Source: Candidatus Thermofontivivens primus (lineage in GTDB: Bacteria; Sysuimicrobiota; Sysuimicrobiia; Sysuimicrobiales; Thermofontiviventaceae). Taken from it: 64,000 bases of DNA. Below the pieces are notes generated by a model, which saw only the letters and a list, made by a program, of their open reading frames with translations, had not been told where the DNA came from and ran no database searches. This document shows, piece by piece, positions 18,623 through 28,546 of this stretch (its first letter is position 1; each line of letters begins with the position of its first letter). The translations under genes and the position numbers were made by a program. The stretch covers positions 96,001 to 160,000 of the forward strand of contig JAVKJW010000001.1 in assembly GCA_031458695.1 (NCBI GenBank). Reading direction: 5' to 3'.

Positions 18623-19720
18623 CTATCGCCAGCCCTTCTCGTAGACGCGCGCATAATACTCCCGGTACTCGCTTGTGAGGATACGGCGGACCCAGTCCTG
18701 GTGGTCCAAGTACCACTCCACGGTCTTGTTCAGGCCGGCTTCCAAAGATGTCGAGGGAACCCATCCCAGTTCTCGCTGGATCTTTGTAGAATCTAGGCTG
18801 TAGCGGAAGTCGTGGCCTGGGCGGTCCTGGACGAATTGGATCTCGGGCTTGAGGCGACGGGTCCGGGGATGGCTGCGCAGGATCTCACAGAGAAGCTGGA
18901 CGACCTCGATGTTGCGCCTCTCGCAGCTTCCCCCGATGTTATAGATCTCCCCGGCCCTTCCCTTCTCAATAACCATGAGGAGGGCACGGCAGTTGTCCTC
19001 CACATAGAGCCAGTCCCGCACGTTCTCCCCTTTCCCGTACACGGGCAGGGGCTTCCCCTCCAACGCGTTTTGGATCATCAACGGGATGAGTTTCTCGGGA
19101 AACTGATAGGGGCCGTAATTGTTCGAGCTCCGGGTGATGATCACCGGAAGCCCGTAGGTCCTGTGGTAAGCGCGGCAGAGGAGATCGGCACTTGCTTTGC
19201 TCGCCGCGTAAGGGCTGTTGGGGTGTAAGGGGGATTCCTCCGTGAAGCTCCCTACCTCGATGGAGCCGTAGACCTCGTCGGTGGAGATCTGGACAAACAG
19301 CGTTGGCTTGGGGTCCGCTGTTCTGACACCGAGCCAGAGCGTGCGGGCTGCCTCCAAGAGCACCTGAGTCCCCAGGACGTTCGTCTCAACAAATGGAGAT
19401 GCGTCCAGAATGCTACGATCCACGTGCGATTCGGCGGCGAAGTTGACGATGATGTTGGGCCGGAGGGGCTTTGTCTGAGGATGCTCGCCAGCGAGAAGGG
19501 CGTGGACCAAGGCCCGATCGCAGATGTCTCCCCTCACAAAGCGATAGCGCGTGTGGCCTTCCACGTCCTGGAGGTTCTCTACATTTCCTGCGTAGGTGAG
19601 CTTGTCCAGGTTGATGACATGCCAATCAGGCCGCTCGCGCAGGATGTAGCGGATAAAGTTGCTGCCGATGAAACCGGCGCCGCCTGTAACAAGGAGGATG
19701 TTGTCGCGTTGTCGCGTCAT
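18623..19720 (-). CDS. rfbB: dTDP-glucose 4,6-dehydratase
   Basis: TGGAGFIGSNF, DKLTYAGN, AAESHVDRSI, STDEVYG, SPYAASKA, DRPGHD.RY. Confidence 0.96.
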   Translation of the reverse strand: MTRQRDNILLVTGGAGFIGSNFIRYILRERPDWHVINLDKLTYAGNVENLQDVEGHTRYRFVRGDICDRALVHALLAGEHPQTKPLRPNIIVNFAAESHVDRSILDASPFVETNVLGTQVLLEAARTLWLGVRTADPKPTLFVQISTDEVYGSIEVGSFTEESPLHPNSPYAASKASADLLCRAYHRTYGLPVIITRSSNNYGPYQFPEKLIPLMIQNALEGKPLPVYGKGENVRDWLYVEDNCRALLMVIEKGRAGEIYNIGGSCERRNIEVVQLLCEILRSHPRTRRLKPEIQFVQDRPGHDFRYSLDSTKIQRELGWVPSTSLEAGLNKTVEWYLDHQDWVRRILTSEYREYYARVYEKGWR

Positions 19721-20292
19721 CACGTCCCCCGCGTCGTGTCATAGAAGAAATCATGGTCTGCGTCTTTCAAGAAAGGAAGGGTGAGATCCTTGGGAGAGAG
19801 GATAGGATCAGAGATGGGCCAGCGGATGCCGATGTCTGGATCATCCCAGCGGATCCCCCGCTCGAGCTCTGGCACGTACTCTGCCGTAACCTTGTACAGG
19901 ACATCGGCCACCTCGCTTAACACACAGAAGCCGTGGGCGAATCCCACGGGGATGTACAGCATCCGTCCATCCTCTCCTGAAAGGACCGTGCCCACCCAGC
20001 GCCCATAGGTTGGGGAACCGCGTCGGATGTCCACAGCCACGTCGAAGATCTTCCCGGAGAGGACGGTCACCAGTTTCGCCTGGGCAGCAGGAGCCTTCTG
20101 GTAGTGCAGCCCGCGGAGGACTCCCCGGAATGAGCGGGAACGGTTGTCCTGGACGAACGGCCCCCGGATGCCGTGGGCTTCGAACTCGGACTGGCGGTAG
20201 ATCTCCGCGAAGAAACCGCGGCGGTCAGGGTGGGGGACGAGCTGGATTTCGATGACATCTGGGATCTCGAGCCGCGTGAACCGGAACGGCAT
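19720..20292 (-). CDS. rfbC: dTDP-4-dehydrorhamnose 3,5-epimerase
   Basis: DRRGFF, FVQDN.S.S..GVLRGLHYQ, DVAVDIRRGSPTYG, GFAHGF. Confidence 0.96.
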   Translation of the reverse strand: MPFRFTRLEIPDVIEIQLVPHPDRRGFFAEIYRQSEFEAHGIRGPFVQDNRSRSFRGVLRGLHYQKAPAAQAKLVTVLSGKIFDVAVDIRRGSPTYGRWVGTVLSGEDGRMLYIPVGFAHGFCVLSEVADVLYKVTAEYVPELERGIRWDDPDIGIRWPISDPILSPKDLTLPFLKDADHDFFYDTTRGT

Positions 20293-21356
20293 CAGAGCAA
20301 TGCCTCCGCGTCATCGCCAATCATCAGGCGGAACGCCCCGTGGTTGGTGACCTGCTTGCGCACCACGGCGTTCCGGCCGATGACGCTATCCTCGAGACGG
20401 GAGACGCCGATCACCTTGGCCCCGTCCAGGATCACGGTGTGCTCGATGACAGCGTCTGTAATCTCGCAGCCCCTGCCGATGCTGGTGAAGGGGCCGATGA
20501 AGGAACCCTTGACGCGCGTCCCCTCCCCGATGATCGCGGGGCCGCGGATGGTGCTCCCCTCCACCCGGGCTCCCGGGGAGACCTCCACGCGCCCGTAGAT
20601 CTTGCTTTCCTCATCCACCTCCCCGAGGATCTCCCGGGTGATCCACTCGTCGAGGACGACCCGGTTGGCTTCCAGGAGGTCGTCTTTCTTGCCGCAGTCG
20701 AGCCACCAGCTTTGGAGGAGGAAGCTTTGGACGGGCCTTCCCTGCTCCAGGAGCTTCTGGATGGCATCGGTAATCTCCAGCTCCCCCCGCCAGGAGGGCT
20801 CAATCTGATCGATCGCCTGGTGGATAGCCGGGGAGAAGATGTACACCCCGACAAGGGCCAGGTTGCTAGGAGGGTCCTGGGGTTTCTCCACCAGCTGGAT
20901 GACCCGACCCGAGCCGTTGAGCTGGGCGACACCGAACATGCGTGGATCCGCCACCTCCTTGAGGAGGATAGCCGCATCCGCCCCGGACTCCCTGAACGCC
21001 CGGACGAACTCTCCGATGCCTTGCCCGATCAGGTTATCCCCAAGGTACATGACGAAAGGGTCCTCCTCGAGGAAGTCCCGGGCGACCTTCACGGCATGCG
21101 CCAAGCCCGCGGGGCGATCCTGGACGATGAAGGTGAAGGTAAAACCCCAGGGGTTCGGCGCAAGGGACTCCCGAACCTGGTCCCCCGTCTCTGGGGAGAT
21201 GATCACACCCACATCCCGAAGGCCCGCCTCGGCGATGTGGTGCATGACGTAATGGACGACGGGTTTGTTGGCCACAGGGACGAGCTGTTTGGCCATGGTA
21301 TAGGTCAGAGGGCGCAGGCGAGTTCCCTTTCCGCCAGCTAGGACAAGGGCTTTCAT
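20292..21356 (-). CDS. rfbA: Glucose-1-phosphate thymidylyltransferase, long form
   Basis: LAGGKGTRLRPLT...KQLVPVANKP, YLGDN, RGELEITDA, C-terminal hexapeptide repeats. Confidence 0.95.
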   Translation of the reverse strand: MKALVLAGGKGTRLRPLTYTMAKQLVPVANKPVVHYVMHHIAEAGLRDVGVIISPETGDQVRESLAPNPWGFTFTFIVQDRPAGLAHAVKVARDFLEEDPFVMYLGDNLIGQGIGEFVRAFRESGADAAILLKEVADPRMFGVAQLNGSGRVIQLVEKPQDPPSNLALVGVYIFSPAIHQAIDQIEPSWRGELEITDAIQKLLEQGRPVQSFLLQSWWLDCGKKDDLLEANRVVLDEWITREILGEVDEESKIYGRVEVSPGARVEGSTIRGPAIIGEGTRVKGSFIGPFTSIGRGCEITDAVIEHTVILDGAKVIGVSRLEDSVIGRNAVVRKQVTNHGAFRLMIGDDAEALL

Positions 21357-21558
21357 GGCGCACCACTCCACGAAGATCTTTTACCCCGTATTTCCCGCTC
21401 GAGCAAGTTCGAGGCCAAATACAACAGTCCTTCCCTTCGCCGCATAAGCCTGCGGCAAGCTTGCGCGCAGGTTAAGGACAGAACGACAAGCTTCTCAGAG
21501 CTGACCACCCTTCGCTTATCCCCCGAGGGGAGAGAAGTTCAGCAGAGGGGGAAGTTTG

Positions 21559-22425
21559 CTAGGAGTGGGGGTCGCCGGGAAGCCGGGAAGGGACGGGAGC
21601 ATGTCCTGCCCCACCGGCTGGCGTCGAAACGGCCTCTGGTCTAGGAGCAGCGAGAAACTCCTGGAAGAAGGCCAGCATGACGCCTGCCATCAGCCCCAGG
21701 ACCGCTGCGAGGGCAATGTTCAGGGTCTTGCGGGGGGCGACCAATTGTACCGCCCCCTGCGCCCCTAGGACTTGCACAGGCTGAAGATCGGTCATCTGGA
21801 GGTTCAGGTTCACTTGGGCCAAAAGCAGGGCGTTGTAAAATGCATCGGTATTCCCCAGGACGTCTACGACGTAGCTTTTCGTAATGACGCCTTCCACTGT
21901 TGGACGAGCCTGTCGTAGCAGAGGCTCCACGATCCTTCTCAGGTCAGCCCTCGTCCTTGCACTGGTCTGTAACAGTTGGGAGAGCTCTCCCAACTGCCTT
22001 CGAAGAACCTGCCTCTTCTTCTCAATGGAGGGACGGCTCTCCTTTCCAGCAAGGTTTGCCAAGGCCTCGACAGCGCGCCTTGCCTGATGCGGGTCTTTTG
22101 CACGCACGCTCAGGCGGACGAGTTGCGTGTTCCGTACCACGCTTGCCTTCACGGTGAGGATCTGTGGGTTGAGTCCCAGGCCCGACACCGCCCGGCTGGT
22201 GAACCCCTCGCTCTCGAGGACCGCGGTCAACCCATTGGGATCGGCGTAGACGTCCCCGCTCCCCTTCGCGGGCTGGAGGAGCAGGGAAGCCTCGTAGATC
22301 GGAGGGAGGACGAAAAAGCTCAATACAGCAGCAGCGAGGACGGCAACAAGGAATACGGCAATGATCGTCCACTTGCGGCGGCCAAGGACAGCGAAGTATT
22401 CTCGGAGATCAATCTCGTCTTCCAT
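21559..22425 (-). CDS. Wzz/CapA-type polysaccharide chain-length determinant
   Basis: EIDLREYFAVLGRRKW + TM, PPIYEAS, C-terminal P.K.LNIALA..LGL TM. Confidence 0.85.
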   Translation of the reverse strand: MEDEIDLREYFAVLGRRKWTIIAVFLVAVLAAAVLSFFVLPPIYEASLLLQPAKGSGDVYADPNGLTAVLESEGFTSRAVSGLGLNPQILTVKASVVRNTQLVRLSVRAKDPHQARRAVEALANLAGKESRPSIEKKRQVLRRQLGELSQLLQTSARTRADLRRIVEPLLRQARPTVEGVITKSYVVDVLGNTDAFYNALLLAQVNLNLQMTDLQPVQVLGAQGAVQLVAPRKTLNIALAAVLGLMAGVMLAFFQEFLAAPRPEAVSTPAGGAGHAPVPSRLPGDPHS

Positions 22426-22441
22426 AGCACCACCTCCGCAG

Positions 22442-22515
22442 CTCCAGCAAAATCTCTTGTCGGGATTTTGCTGGGGACCCCGGCGAAAGCCAAAAAAGAT
22501 TTGCCGGGGTACTTA
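22442..22515. repeat. REP-like double-hairpin element, copy 1
   Basis: CTCCAGCAAAATCTC-TTGTC-GGGATTTTGCTGGGG followed by CCCCGGCGAAAGCC-AAAA-AAGATTTGCCGGGG-TACTTA. Confidence 0.85.
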
Positions 22516-23436
22516 GTTCTTCTCCTCGAGCGGAAGATACCCTTTTTCAGAGAGGTAGGCCTCGAGGGCCTCGTACCAAGGACGCAAGGACATTAGCCCG
22601 AGTTTCTCCAGCCTCGTCGACCTCAGCACGGAATAGGCCGGGCGCTGGGCCCTTGTCCCGTAGACCCTGGAGGTCACCGGGTTGAGATCTGCCTGAATGC
22701 CCATGAGTTCGAAGATCCTCCGCGCGAACTCGTACCAGGAGCACTGACCACTGCTCGCCAGGTGGATCACTCCGGAGACCTGTCCCTGGAGAAGCTCCTT
22801 GATCTTTTCTGCGAGGTCCTTCGTGTAGGTGGGGGCGAGGACCTGGTCATCCACGACCCGAATAGGTTTCCCCTCCCTTGCCATATGGATCATCGTCTCG
22901 ACAAAGTTCCCTCCCTTGCCTCTGGATCCTGCCACGCCGTAGAGCCCTGAGGTGCGCACAATGAGGTGCCTTGGACAAGAAGCGCGCACAAAGTACTCAC
23001 CGCAGAGCTTGGAGATGCCGTACACGTTGAGGGGACGCGGGGGATCCTCCTCGGTGTAAGGCTCGGTTTTCCCCCCATCGAAGACATAATCTGTGCTGAT
23101 GAACACACAGAGGGCGTCAACCTCAGCGCAGGCACGCGCGACGTGAAGGGCACCCAGAGCGTTGACTCGGAGGGCCTCCTCCGGATGATCCTCGCACTCA
23201 TCGACGCGGACAAAAGCGGCACAGTTAATGATGATCTCTGGGCGAATGGCCATCAGCACTGTGTGAACAGAACCGGGATCCGTAATCTCGATGTCACGGT
23301 GGGAGAGAGGAATGGCCTCGAATCCGGCAGGTTCACCCTTTCGGGTGGGGGAAAGAGGTAAAGAAGGCTCACGAAGGACACGGACTAGGTCAAAGCCGAG
23401 CTGGCCTGTGCTTCCAATCACCGCAACGCGTGGCAT
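22513..23436 (-). CDS. rfbD: dTDP-4-dehydrorhamnose reductase
   Basis: GSTGQLG, INCAAF.RVD.CE, ISTDYVFDG, YGISKL.GE, VVDDQ...PTYT.DLA. Confidence 0.95.
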   Translation of the reverse strand: MPRVAVIGSTGQLGFDLVRVLREPSLPLSPTRKGEPAGFEAIPLSHRDIEITDPGSVHTVLMAIRPEIIINCAAFVRVDECEDHPEEALRVNALGALHVARACAEVDALCVFISTDYVFDGGKTEPYTEEDPPRPLNVYGISKLCGEYFVRASCPRHLIVRTSGLYGVAGSRGKGGNFVETMIHMAREGKPIRVVDDQVLAPTYTKDLAEKIKELLQGQVSGVIHLASSGQCSWYEFARRIFELMGIQADLNPVTSRVYGTRAQRPAYSVLRSTRLEKLGLMSLRPWYEALEAYLSEKGYLPLEEKN

Positions 23437-23663
23437 GAGGGGATACTCCAGCACACGTCAAGGAACTCTTGCAGGGGCTAGTTCGTTGACGGTAGGGCTC
23501 ACCATGCACGAATCTTCCGGGAAGACACAGCTCCGCCCTTTGGGATTTCGGGTGGACCTGCGAAATCCCACACCACGGGCATCCCCGCTTCTCCCATCTC
23601 TGCTCAAAACATAGTACGCCGCCTGAGCTCCCGCAGCCCCCGGGCAGACCTTCTGAAAGGAGG

Positions 23664-24632
23664 CTAGGGCTTCAGGAGGATCTTGCCAGCGCTCTGGCGG
23701 CTCTCTAGCCTCCGGTGAGCCTCCGCGGCCTCTCCGAGCGGAAAAGTACTATCGATGCGCACCTTGAGCTTCCCAGAAGCCACCCAGCCAAGCACATCCC
23801 CGGCGCGTTGGAGCAACTCCTCCCTCGTTGCCACGTAGTGCTGAAGGGTAGGCCGGGTCAGGAAAAGGGACCCTTTCTGGTTGAGGATCTGGGGATCGAA
23901 AGGCGGCACGGGCCCGCTGGACTGCCCGAACAAGACGAGGTAGCCCCTGGGCAAAAGACAATTCAGGCTCTTCTCGAAGGTATCCTTGCCCACGGACTCG
24001 TAGACCACGTGCACCCCTCTGCCATCGGTCAGTCGCTTGACTTCGGCTTCAAAGTCCTGTTTCGTGTACAGGATGACCTCATCCGCTCCAGCTTCCTTCG
24101 CCAGGGCTGCCTTCTCTTCCGTGGAGACGGTCCCGATAACCCGGGCTCCCCGCATCTTGGCAACTTGGACGAGGAGGAGACCCACACCGCCTGCGGCGGC
24201 ATGGACGAGTGCTGTATCCCCTGGCTTGAGGGGGTAGGTGCTGTGGGTCAGGTAGTGGGCGGTCATCCCCTGGAGCAGGACAGCGGCTGCGGTAGAGAAA
24301 TCGATGCCCTCCGGAAGCTTCACCAGCCGGGATGCCGGGACCACAGCATATTCGGCGTATGCCCCCAGCGGCCCCGTATAGGCCACACGATCCCCCACCT
24401 GGACCTCGGAGACCTCGGGACCGACGTCCTCCACGACCCCAGCAGCCTCTACTCCCGGAGTGAACGGCAATGGAACCTGGTAGAGCCCTCTGCGGTGGTA
24501 GGTATCGATGTAGTTGACCCCCGCGGCCAAGATCCGCACCAGGGCCTCTCCTTTCCCGGGAGCAGGCTGCGGGATTTCCTCGTATCGCAGGACCTCGGGG
24601 CCTCCATGGGAGTGCACGCGAATCGCCTTCAT
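23664..24632 (-). CDS. qor: NADPH:quinone oxidoreductase (zeta-crystallin family)
   Basis: [45 protein letters not shown]. Confidence 0.93.
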   Translation of the reverse strand: MKAIRVHSHGGPEVLRYEEIPQPAPGKGEALVRILAAGVNYIDTYHRRGLYQVPLPFTPGVEAAGVVEDVGPEVSEVQVGDRVAYTGPLGAYAEYAVVPASRLVKLPEGIDFSTAAAVLLQGMTAHYLTHSTYPLKPGDTALVHAAAGGVGLLLVQVAKMRGARVIGTVSTEEKAALAKEAGADEVILYTKQDFEAEVKRLTDGRGVHVVYESVGKDTFEKSLNCLLPRGYLVLFGQSSGPVPPFDPQILNQKGSLFLTRPTLQHYVATREELLQRAGDVLGWVASGKLKVRIDSTFPLGEAAEAHRRLESRQSAGKILLKP

Positions 24633-24644
24633 CGGCCAACCCTC

Positions 24645-25619
24645 CTATCCAAAGATTTCCCGCGCGCGGGCCGCCGCCTGCACCATGACCTCGAGCTTCC
24701 TCTTGGCGACCCTGCGGGGGAGGAACTCCAGCCCGCAACTCGGGTTGAGATAAATCCGCTCAAGCGGGACCACTTGGGTGATTCGGCGAAGATCCTCAAT
24801 GAGCTGGTCGACGGTTTCCATCTTGGTGTTCCGCCCATCTAGGATCCCAAACCCAAGTTCCTTGGTGAAGGGCTTAGTAAAGACAACCTCCCAGTTCCTG
24901 TACCCTGCGACGAAATCCAGGCCGAGGATCTCGAAGGGAAGGTCCAGGATCGCAGGGTAAATCCCGCCCACGTCCCCGAAGTAGGTGTAAAGGGCTTTCT
25001 TTGCCCTCACCCCTTCGGTGAGGACCCCCATTGCCTCCGCGAACACGGGGAAGTCTTCCTTGTGCTTGAGGATCGCCGGCTCGTCCACCTGGATGATCTC
25101 AGCGCCGGCCGCCTCTAATGCGCGCATTTCCTGATTCAGCGCCCTGGCCAGGGCAAGGACAAATTCGCGGAGGGAGGGATAGTACTTGTTCTGGCTCAGA
25201 CGGGCGATGGTGTAGGGACCTGTAATCACAGGTTTGACAGGCTTTCTGCTGTTGGCCCTGGCGAATTCGAAGTCCCGCACTGTAATGGGCGCCACCCAAC
25301 GGACCTCCCCCTCCGCCACAGGTTCCCGGTAGTACACGTTGGTGTCGAAGTACCGCTGGAGGCCGTTGATGGAAAAACCGGTGAGGCGCCGGGCAAAGTA
25401 GGTCTGGCCATCTTCCCAGCGGATCTGGCCATCGGTTACGAGGTCCACACCAGCCTCCGCCTGCTCCGCCAGGACCTCCACCGTTACCTCATCCTCCACG
25501 CGCCGAAGTTCTTCTTCTGAGATCTCCCCGCGCTGGAACTTTTCTACAGCAGTACGCCACCTCCCCGGCGCGGGAAGGTCAGGAATCTTGGGGTAGCTAC
25601 CCACGACGGTGGTGATCAT
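24645..25619 (-). CDS. Single-barrel MetE-like protein, probably the non-catalytic N-terminal half of a split MetE
   Basis: TTVVGSYPK, TDGQIRWED, YFDTNVYYREP, KPVITGPYT, QVDEP, NPSCGLEFLP; the Zn-binding HxC position reads YTY. Confidence 0.75.
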   Translation of the reverse strand: MITTVVGSYPKIPDLPAPGRWRTAVEKFQRGEISEEELRRVEDEVTVEVLAEQAEAGVDLVTDGQIRWEDGQTYFARRLTGFSINGLQRYFDTNVYYREPVAEGEVRWVAPITVRDFEFARANSRKPVKPVITGPYTIARLSQNKYYPSLREFVLALARALNQEMRALEAAGAEIIQVDEPAILKHKEDFPVFAEAMGVLTEGVRAKKALYTYFGDVGGIYPAILDLPFEILGLDFVAGYRNWEVVFTKPFTKELGFGILDGRNTKMETVDQLIEDLRRITQVVPLERIYLNPSCGLEFLPRRVAKRKLEVMVQAAARAREIFG

Positions 25620-25652
25620 CTCTCGCCTCCCTCAACTTTTGCTCCTTCCTTG

Positions 25653-26795
25653 TTACATCTTCAACAGGGATTTCGCAATGATCATTCGCTGGATCTCCGA
25701 AGTCCCCTCCCCGATCTCGGTGAGTTTCACATCCCGGTAGAAGCGCTCCACAGGATAGTCCTTGATGAGGCCGTACCCACCGTGGATCTGCACGGCTTTG
25801 GTCGTTGCCCGCGCCGCCGCCTCGGAGGCGAAGAGTTTGGCCATGGAGGCATGGGTCCGGAACGGCAGCCCCTGGTCGGCCAACCATGCAGCTTCCAGGA
25901 CAAGCAGCCAGGCGGCATCCAGCTCTGTGGCCATGTCCGCGATCATGTGCTGGATCGCCTGGTGCTCAGCGAGGGTCCTCCCGAACGCCCGCCGCTCTCG
26001 TGCATAGGCCACGCTCGCCTCAAGGGCCGCCCTGCCGATCCCCACGGCAAGGGCACCGATCCCTATCCGGCCACCTTCCAGGATCCGCATCGCCTGGGCG
26101 TACCCCTCTCCCTCAGCGCCCAGGATATTCCCTTCCGGAACGAAGCACTCCTCTAGGATGATCATGGCCGTGTCGCTACTCCGGACTCCCAGCTTGTCCT
26201 CCTTCCGCGCGATGATGAGGCCGGGAGTCCCCCGCTCCACCACGAAGGCGCTGATCCCCTCCCGTCCTCGCTCAGGAGCCGTCTTGGCCATGATGACGTA
26301 GATCCCGCCGAGGGAGCCATTGGTACAGAATGCCTTGGTACCGTTGAGGATCCAGCCATCCCCCACTCGCACTGCCCGCGATTGAATCGCCGCCGCATCG
26401 CTCCCCGCCCCGGGCTCAGTGAGACACCACACGCCCATAGCCTCACCTGATGCCAACCGGGGGAGATACCGACGCTTCTGTTCTTCTGTTCCGAAAAGGG
26501 CGATGTGCTTTGCGCACAAGGAGTTGTGGGCAGCAACAGAGAGGGCCACCCCGGCGTCTCCCCAGGCGAGGGCTTCAATGGCCAGGGCGATGGCCACCAT
26601 GGACATCCCGCTTCCCCCGTATTCTGGCTCGATGGTCATCCCAAGGAGCCCCAGCTCAGCGAGGCGATGGAGGAGTCCGCTGGGAAACTCTCCGGCCCTG
26701 TCCCATTCGGCGGCGTGGGGGCGGATCTCGCGTTCCGCGAACTCCCGGACGGTCTGGTAGATAAGCTGCTGCTCCTCGGAGAGGTCGAAGTCCAT
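25653..26795 (-). CDS. Acyl-CoA dehydrogenase
   Basis: [54 protein letters not shown]. Confidence 0.95.
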   Translation of the reverse strand: MDFDLSEEQQLIYQTVREFAEREIRPHAAEWDRAGEFPSGLLHRLAELGLLGMTIEPEYGGSGMSMVAIALAIEALAWGDAGVALSVAAHNSLCAKHIALFGTEEQKRRYLPRLASGEAMGVWCLTEPGAGSDAAAIQSRAVRVGDGWILNGTKAFCTNGSLGGIYVIMAKTAPERGREGISAFVVERGTPGLIIARKEDKLGVRSSDTAMIILEECFVPEGNILGAEGEGYAQAMRILEGGRIGIGALAVGIGRAALEASVAYARERRAFGRTLAEHQAIQHMIADMATELDAAWLLVLEAAWLADQGLPFRTHASMAKLFASEAAARATTKAVQIHGGYGLIKDYPVERFYRDVKLTEIGEGTSEIQRMIIAKSLLKM

Positions 26796-26807
26796 GAGAG
26801 GTTGTCC

Positions 26808-28268
26808 TTACCCTTTCACGACCCCAATGGGCCGGGTCCTGGCGACGCGCTTCGAGAGGTTCGCCTTGTGACACACCTCCACTACATCGGCGACATCCTT
26901 GTAGGCGATAGAGGCCTCCTCTGCTAGGAGGTGGGGATCCTGGGCCATAACGAGGATGCCATGCTTGCGAAGTTCGGCGGCCACATCCACGCCCTTGAGC
27001 GTCCTCTTGGCTGCCTGCCGACCCATCATCCTGCCGGCTCCGTGGCAGGTGGAGCCGAAGGAGATCTCCATGGCATCGTGCGTCCCCACGGCCACATAGG
27101 AGTATCGCCCCATGTCCCCAGGGATCAGCACCGGCTGCCCGACCTCCCGGTACTTCGCGGGAACTTCGGGGTGACCAGGGGGGAAGGCCCGGGTCGCGCC
27201 TTTGCGATGCACGCACACCTGGATCCGCTTCCCCTCTACCTCATACTCCTCGATCTTGGCGATGTTGTGGGCAACATCATAGACGAGATGCATCCCTAGC
27301 TCCTGCGGGCTCCGCCCGAATACCCTGGCGAAGGATTCCCGCACCCAGTGGGTGATCATCTGGCGGTTGGCCCAGGCAAAGTTCGCCGCCGCGCACATGG
27401 CGGCGAAGTAATCACCCCCCTCAGGGGATTGGATGGGAACGCAGGCGAGCTGCCGATCGGGGAGTTTGATTCCGTACTTTGCCAGAGCCCGCTCAGAGAC
27501 CCGGAGGTAATCTGTGCACACCTGATGCCCCAGGCCGCGGGAGCCGCAGTGCACGAACACGACGATCTGCCCTGGTCCATGAAGGCCTAGGGCCCGTGCT
27601 GCCTCCCAGTCGTAGATCTGGTCCACCACCTGGACCTCAAGGAAATGGTTCCCGGAACCGAGGGTACCGATTTGGGCCTTTCCCCGCTGCTTCGCCTGGT
27701 CGCTCACCTTATCGGGATCCGCCTGGGGAAGAGCGCCGTTGGCCTCGATGACTTCTAGATCTTCTGGCCAGCCATAGCCCTTCTCCACGGCCCACTTTGC
27801 CCCTTTGACGAGCACGGTGTTGATCTCGTGCATGTCCACCCGGACCTTTCCCTCAGAACCAACCCCGGAGGGGACGTTCTTGAACAGCTCTCGGACGAGC
27901 TCCTCGAGCCGTGGTTGAACATCCTCCTCGTGCAGGTCCGTGCGGATGAGCCGGACGCCGCAGTTGATATCGTACCCTACACCTCCAGGGGAGATCACCC
28001 CGTCTTCCAAGCGCATGGCAGCGACGCCTCCCACAGGGAAGCCGTACCCCCAGTGGATATCCGGCATACCCATGGAATACCGTACAATCCCCGGCAAGGT
28101 AGCCACGTTGGCAACCTGCTCGAGGACCTGTTCCTCGGTGATGTGCTGGAGCATGCGCTCATCGGCGAAGACGAGGCCGGGCACCCGCATCCCCGGTTTG
28201 TAATCCTGGGGGATCTCCCACTGGTAGTCGCTGATCTTGCGGAGGATCTGTGTCCAGGGCTTGGCCAT
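26808..28268 (-). CDS. rtcB: RtcB RNA ligase
   Basis: MPDIHWGYGFPVGG, GYDINCGVR, GTLGSGNHFLE, HCGSRG, HNIAK, HRKGATRA, STCHGAGR. Confidence 0.96.
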   Translation of the reverse strand: MAKPWTQILRKISDYQWEIPQDYKPGMRVPGLVFADERMLQHITEEQVLEQVANVATLPGIVRYSMGMPDIHWGYGFPVGGVAAMRLEDGVISPGGVGYDINCGVRLIRTDLHEEDVQPRLEELVRELFKNVPSGVGSEGKVRVDMHEINTVLVKGAKWAVEKGYGWPEDLEVIEANGALPQADPDKVSDQAKQRGKAQIGTLGSGNHFLEVQVVDQIYDWEAARALGLHGPGQIVVFVHCGSRGLGHQVCTDYLRVSERALAKYGIKLPDRQLACVPIQSPEGGDYFAAMCAAANFAWANRQMITHWVRESFARVFGRSPQELGMHLVYDVAHNIAKIEEYEVEGKRIQVCVHRKGATRAFPPGHPEVPAKYREVGQPVLIPGDMGRYSYVAVGTHDAMEISFGSTCHGAGRMMGRQAAKRTLKGVDVAAELRKHGILVMAQDPHLLAEEASIAYKDVADVVEVCHKANLSKRVARTRPIGVVKG

Positions 28269-28368
28269 GATCCTTCCCTCCCATTGGAACAAGCCTCCCC
28301 TCGATTCCGGGAGTCGCGCGCGGTCCATTAACAGTGTACCCGAAGCGAGAAGAGAGGGGAAGGCGTCC

Positions 28369-28397
28369 TTTACAACCCTAGATCCCTATGGTACAAT
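28369..28397 (+). promoter_or_regulatory. Sigma70-type promoter upstream of yjbQ
   Basis: TTTACA-N17-TACAAT with an extended -10 TG. Confidence 0.7.
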
Positions 28398-28546
28398 CGC
28401 GCCGTGAACCTGTCCGGGCGTTTCCCGAAGACAAGAAAGCTTCGCCAGAGAGGGTGGATCCTAGAGAAGCGACCCCGCAACTCCAAAAGGGGTCCCTGCC
28501 TCATTTCAACTGTTACCAAAGTACTTAGGGGAAGGGAGGGCGAGGT

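Noticed and set aside
23540..23570. Hairpin TGGGATTTCG/CGAAATCCCA upstream of rfbD as an ncRNA
   Set aside because: Single stem with no recognisable motif or U-tract; may be a terminator or operator but unsupported.
24645..25619. Methylcobamide:CoM methyltransferase or stand-alone core methionine synthase
   Set aside because: Lacks the HxC Zn ligands and there is no methylotrophy context.
26808..28268. RtcB as part of a defence or RNA-repair island
   Set aside because: No rtcA, rtcR, archease, Ro/TROVE or nuclease gene adjacent; neighbours are metabolic.
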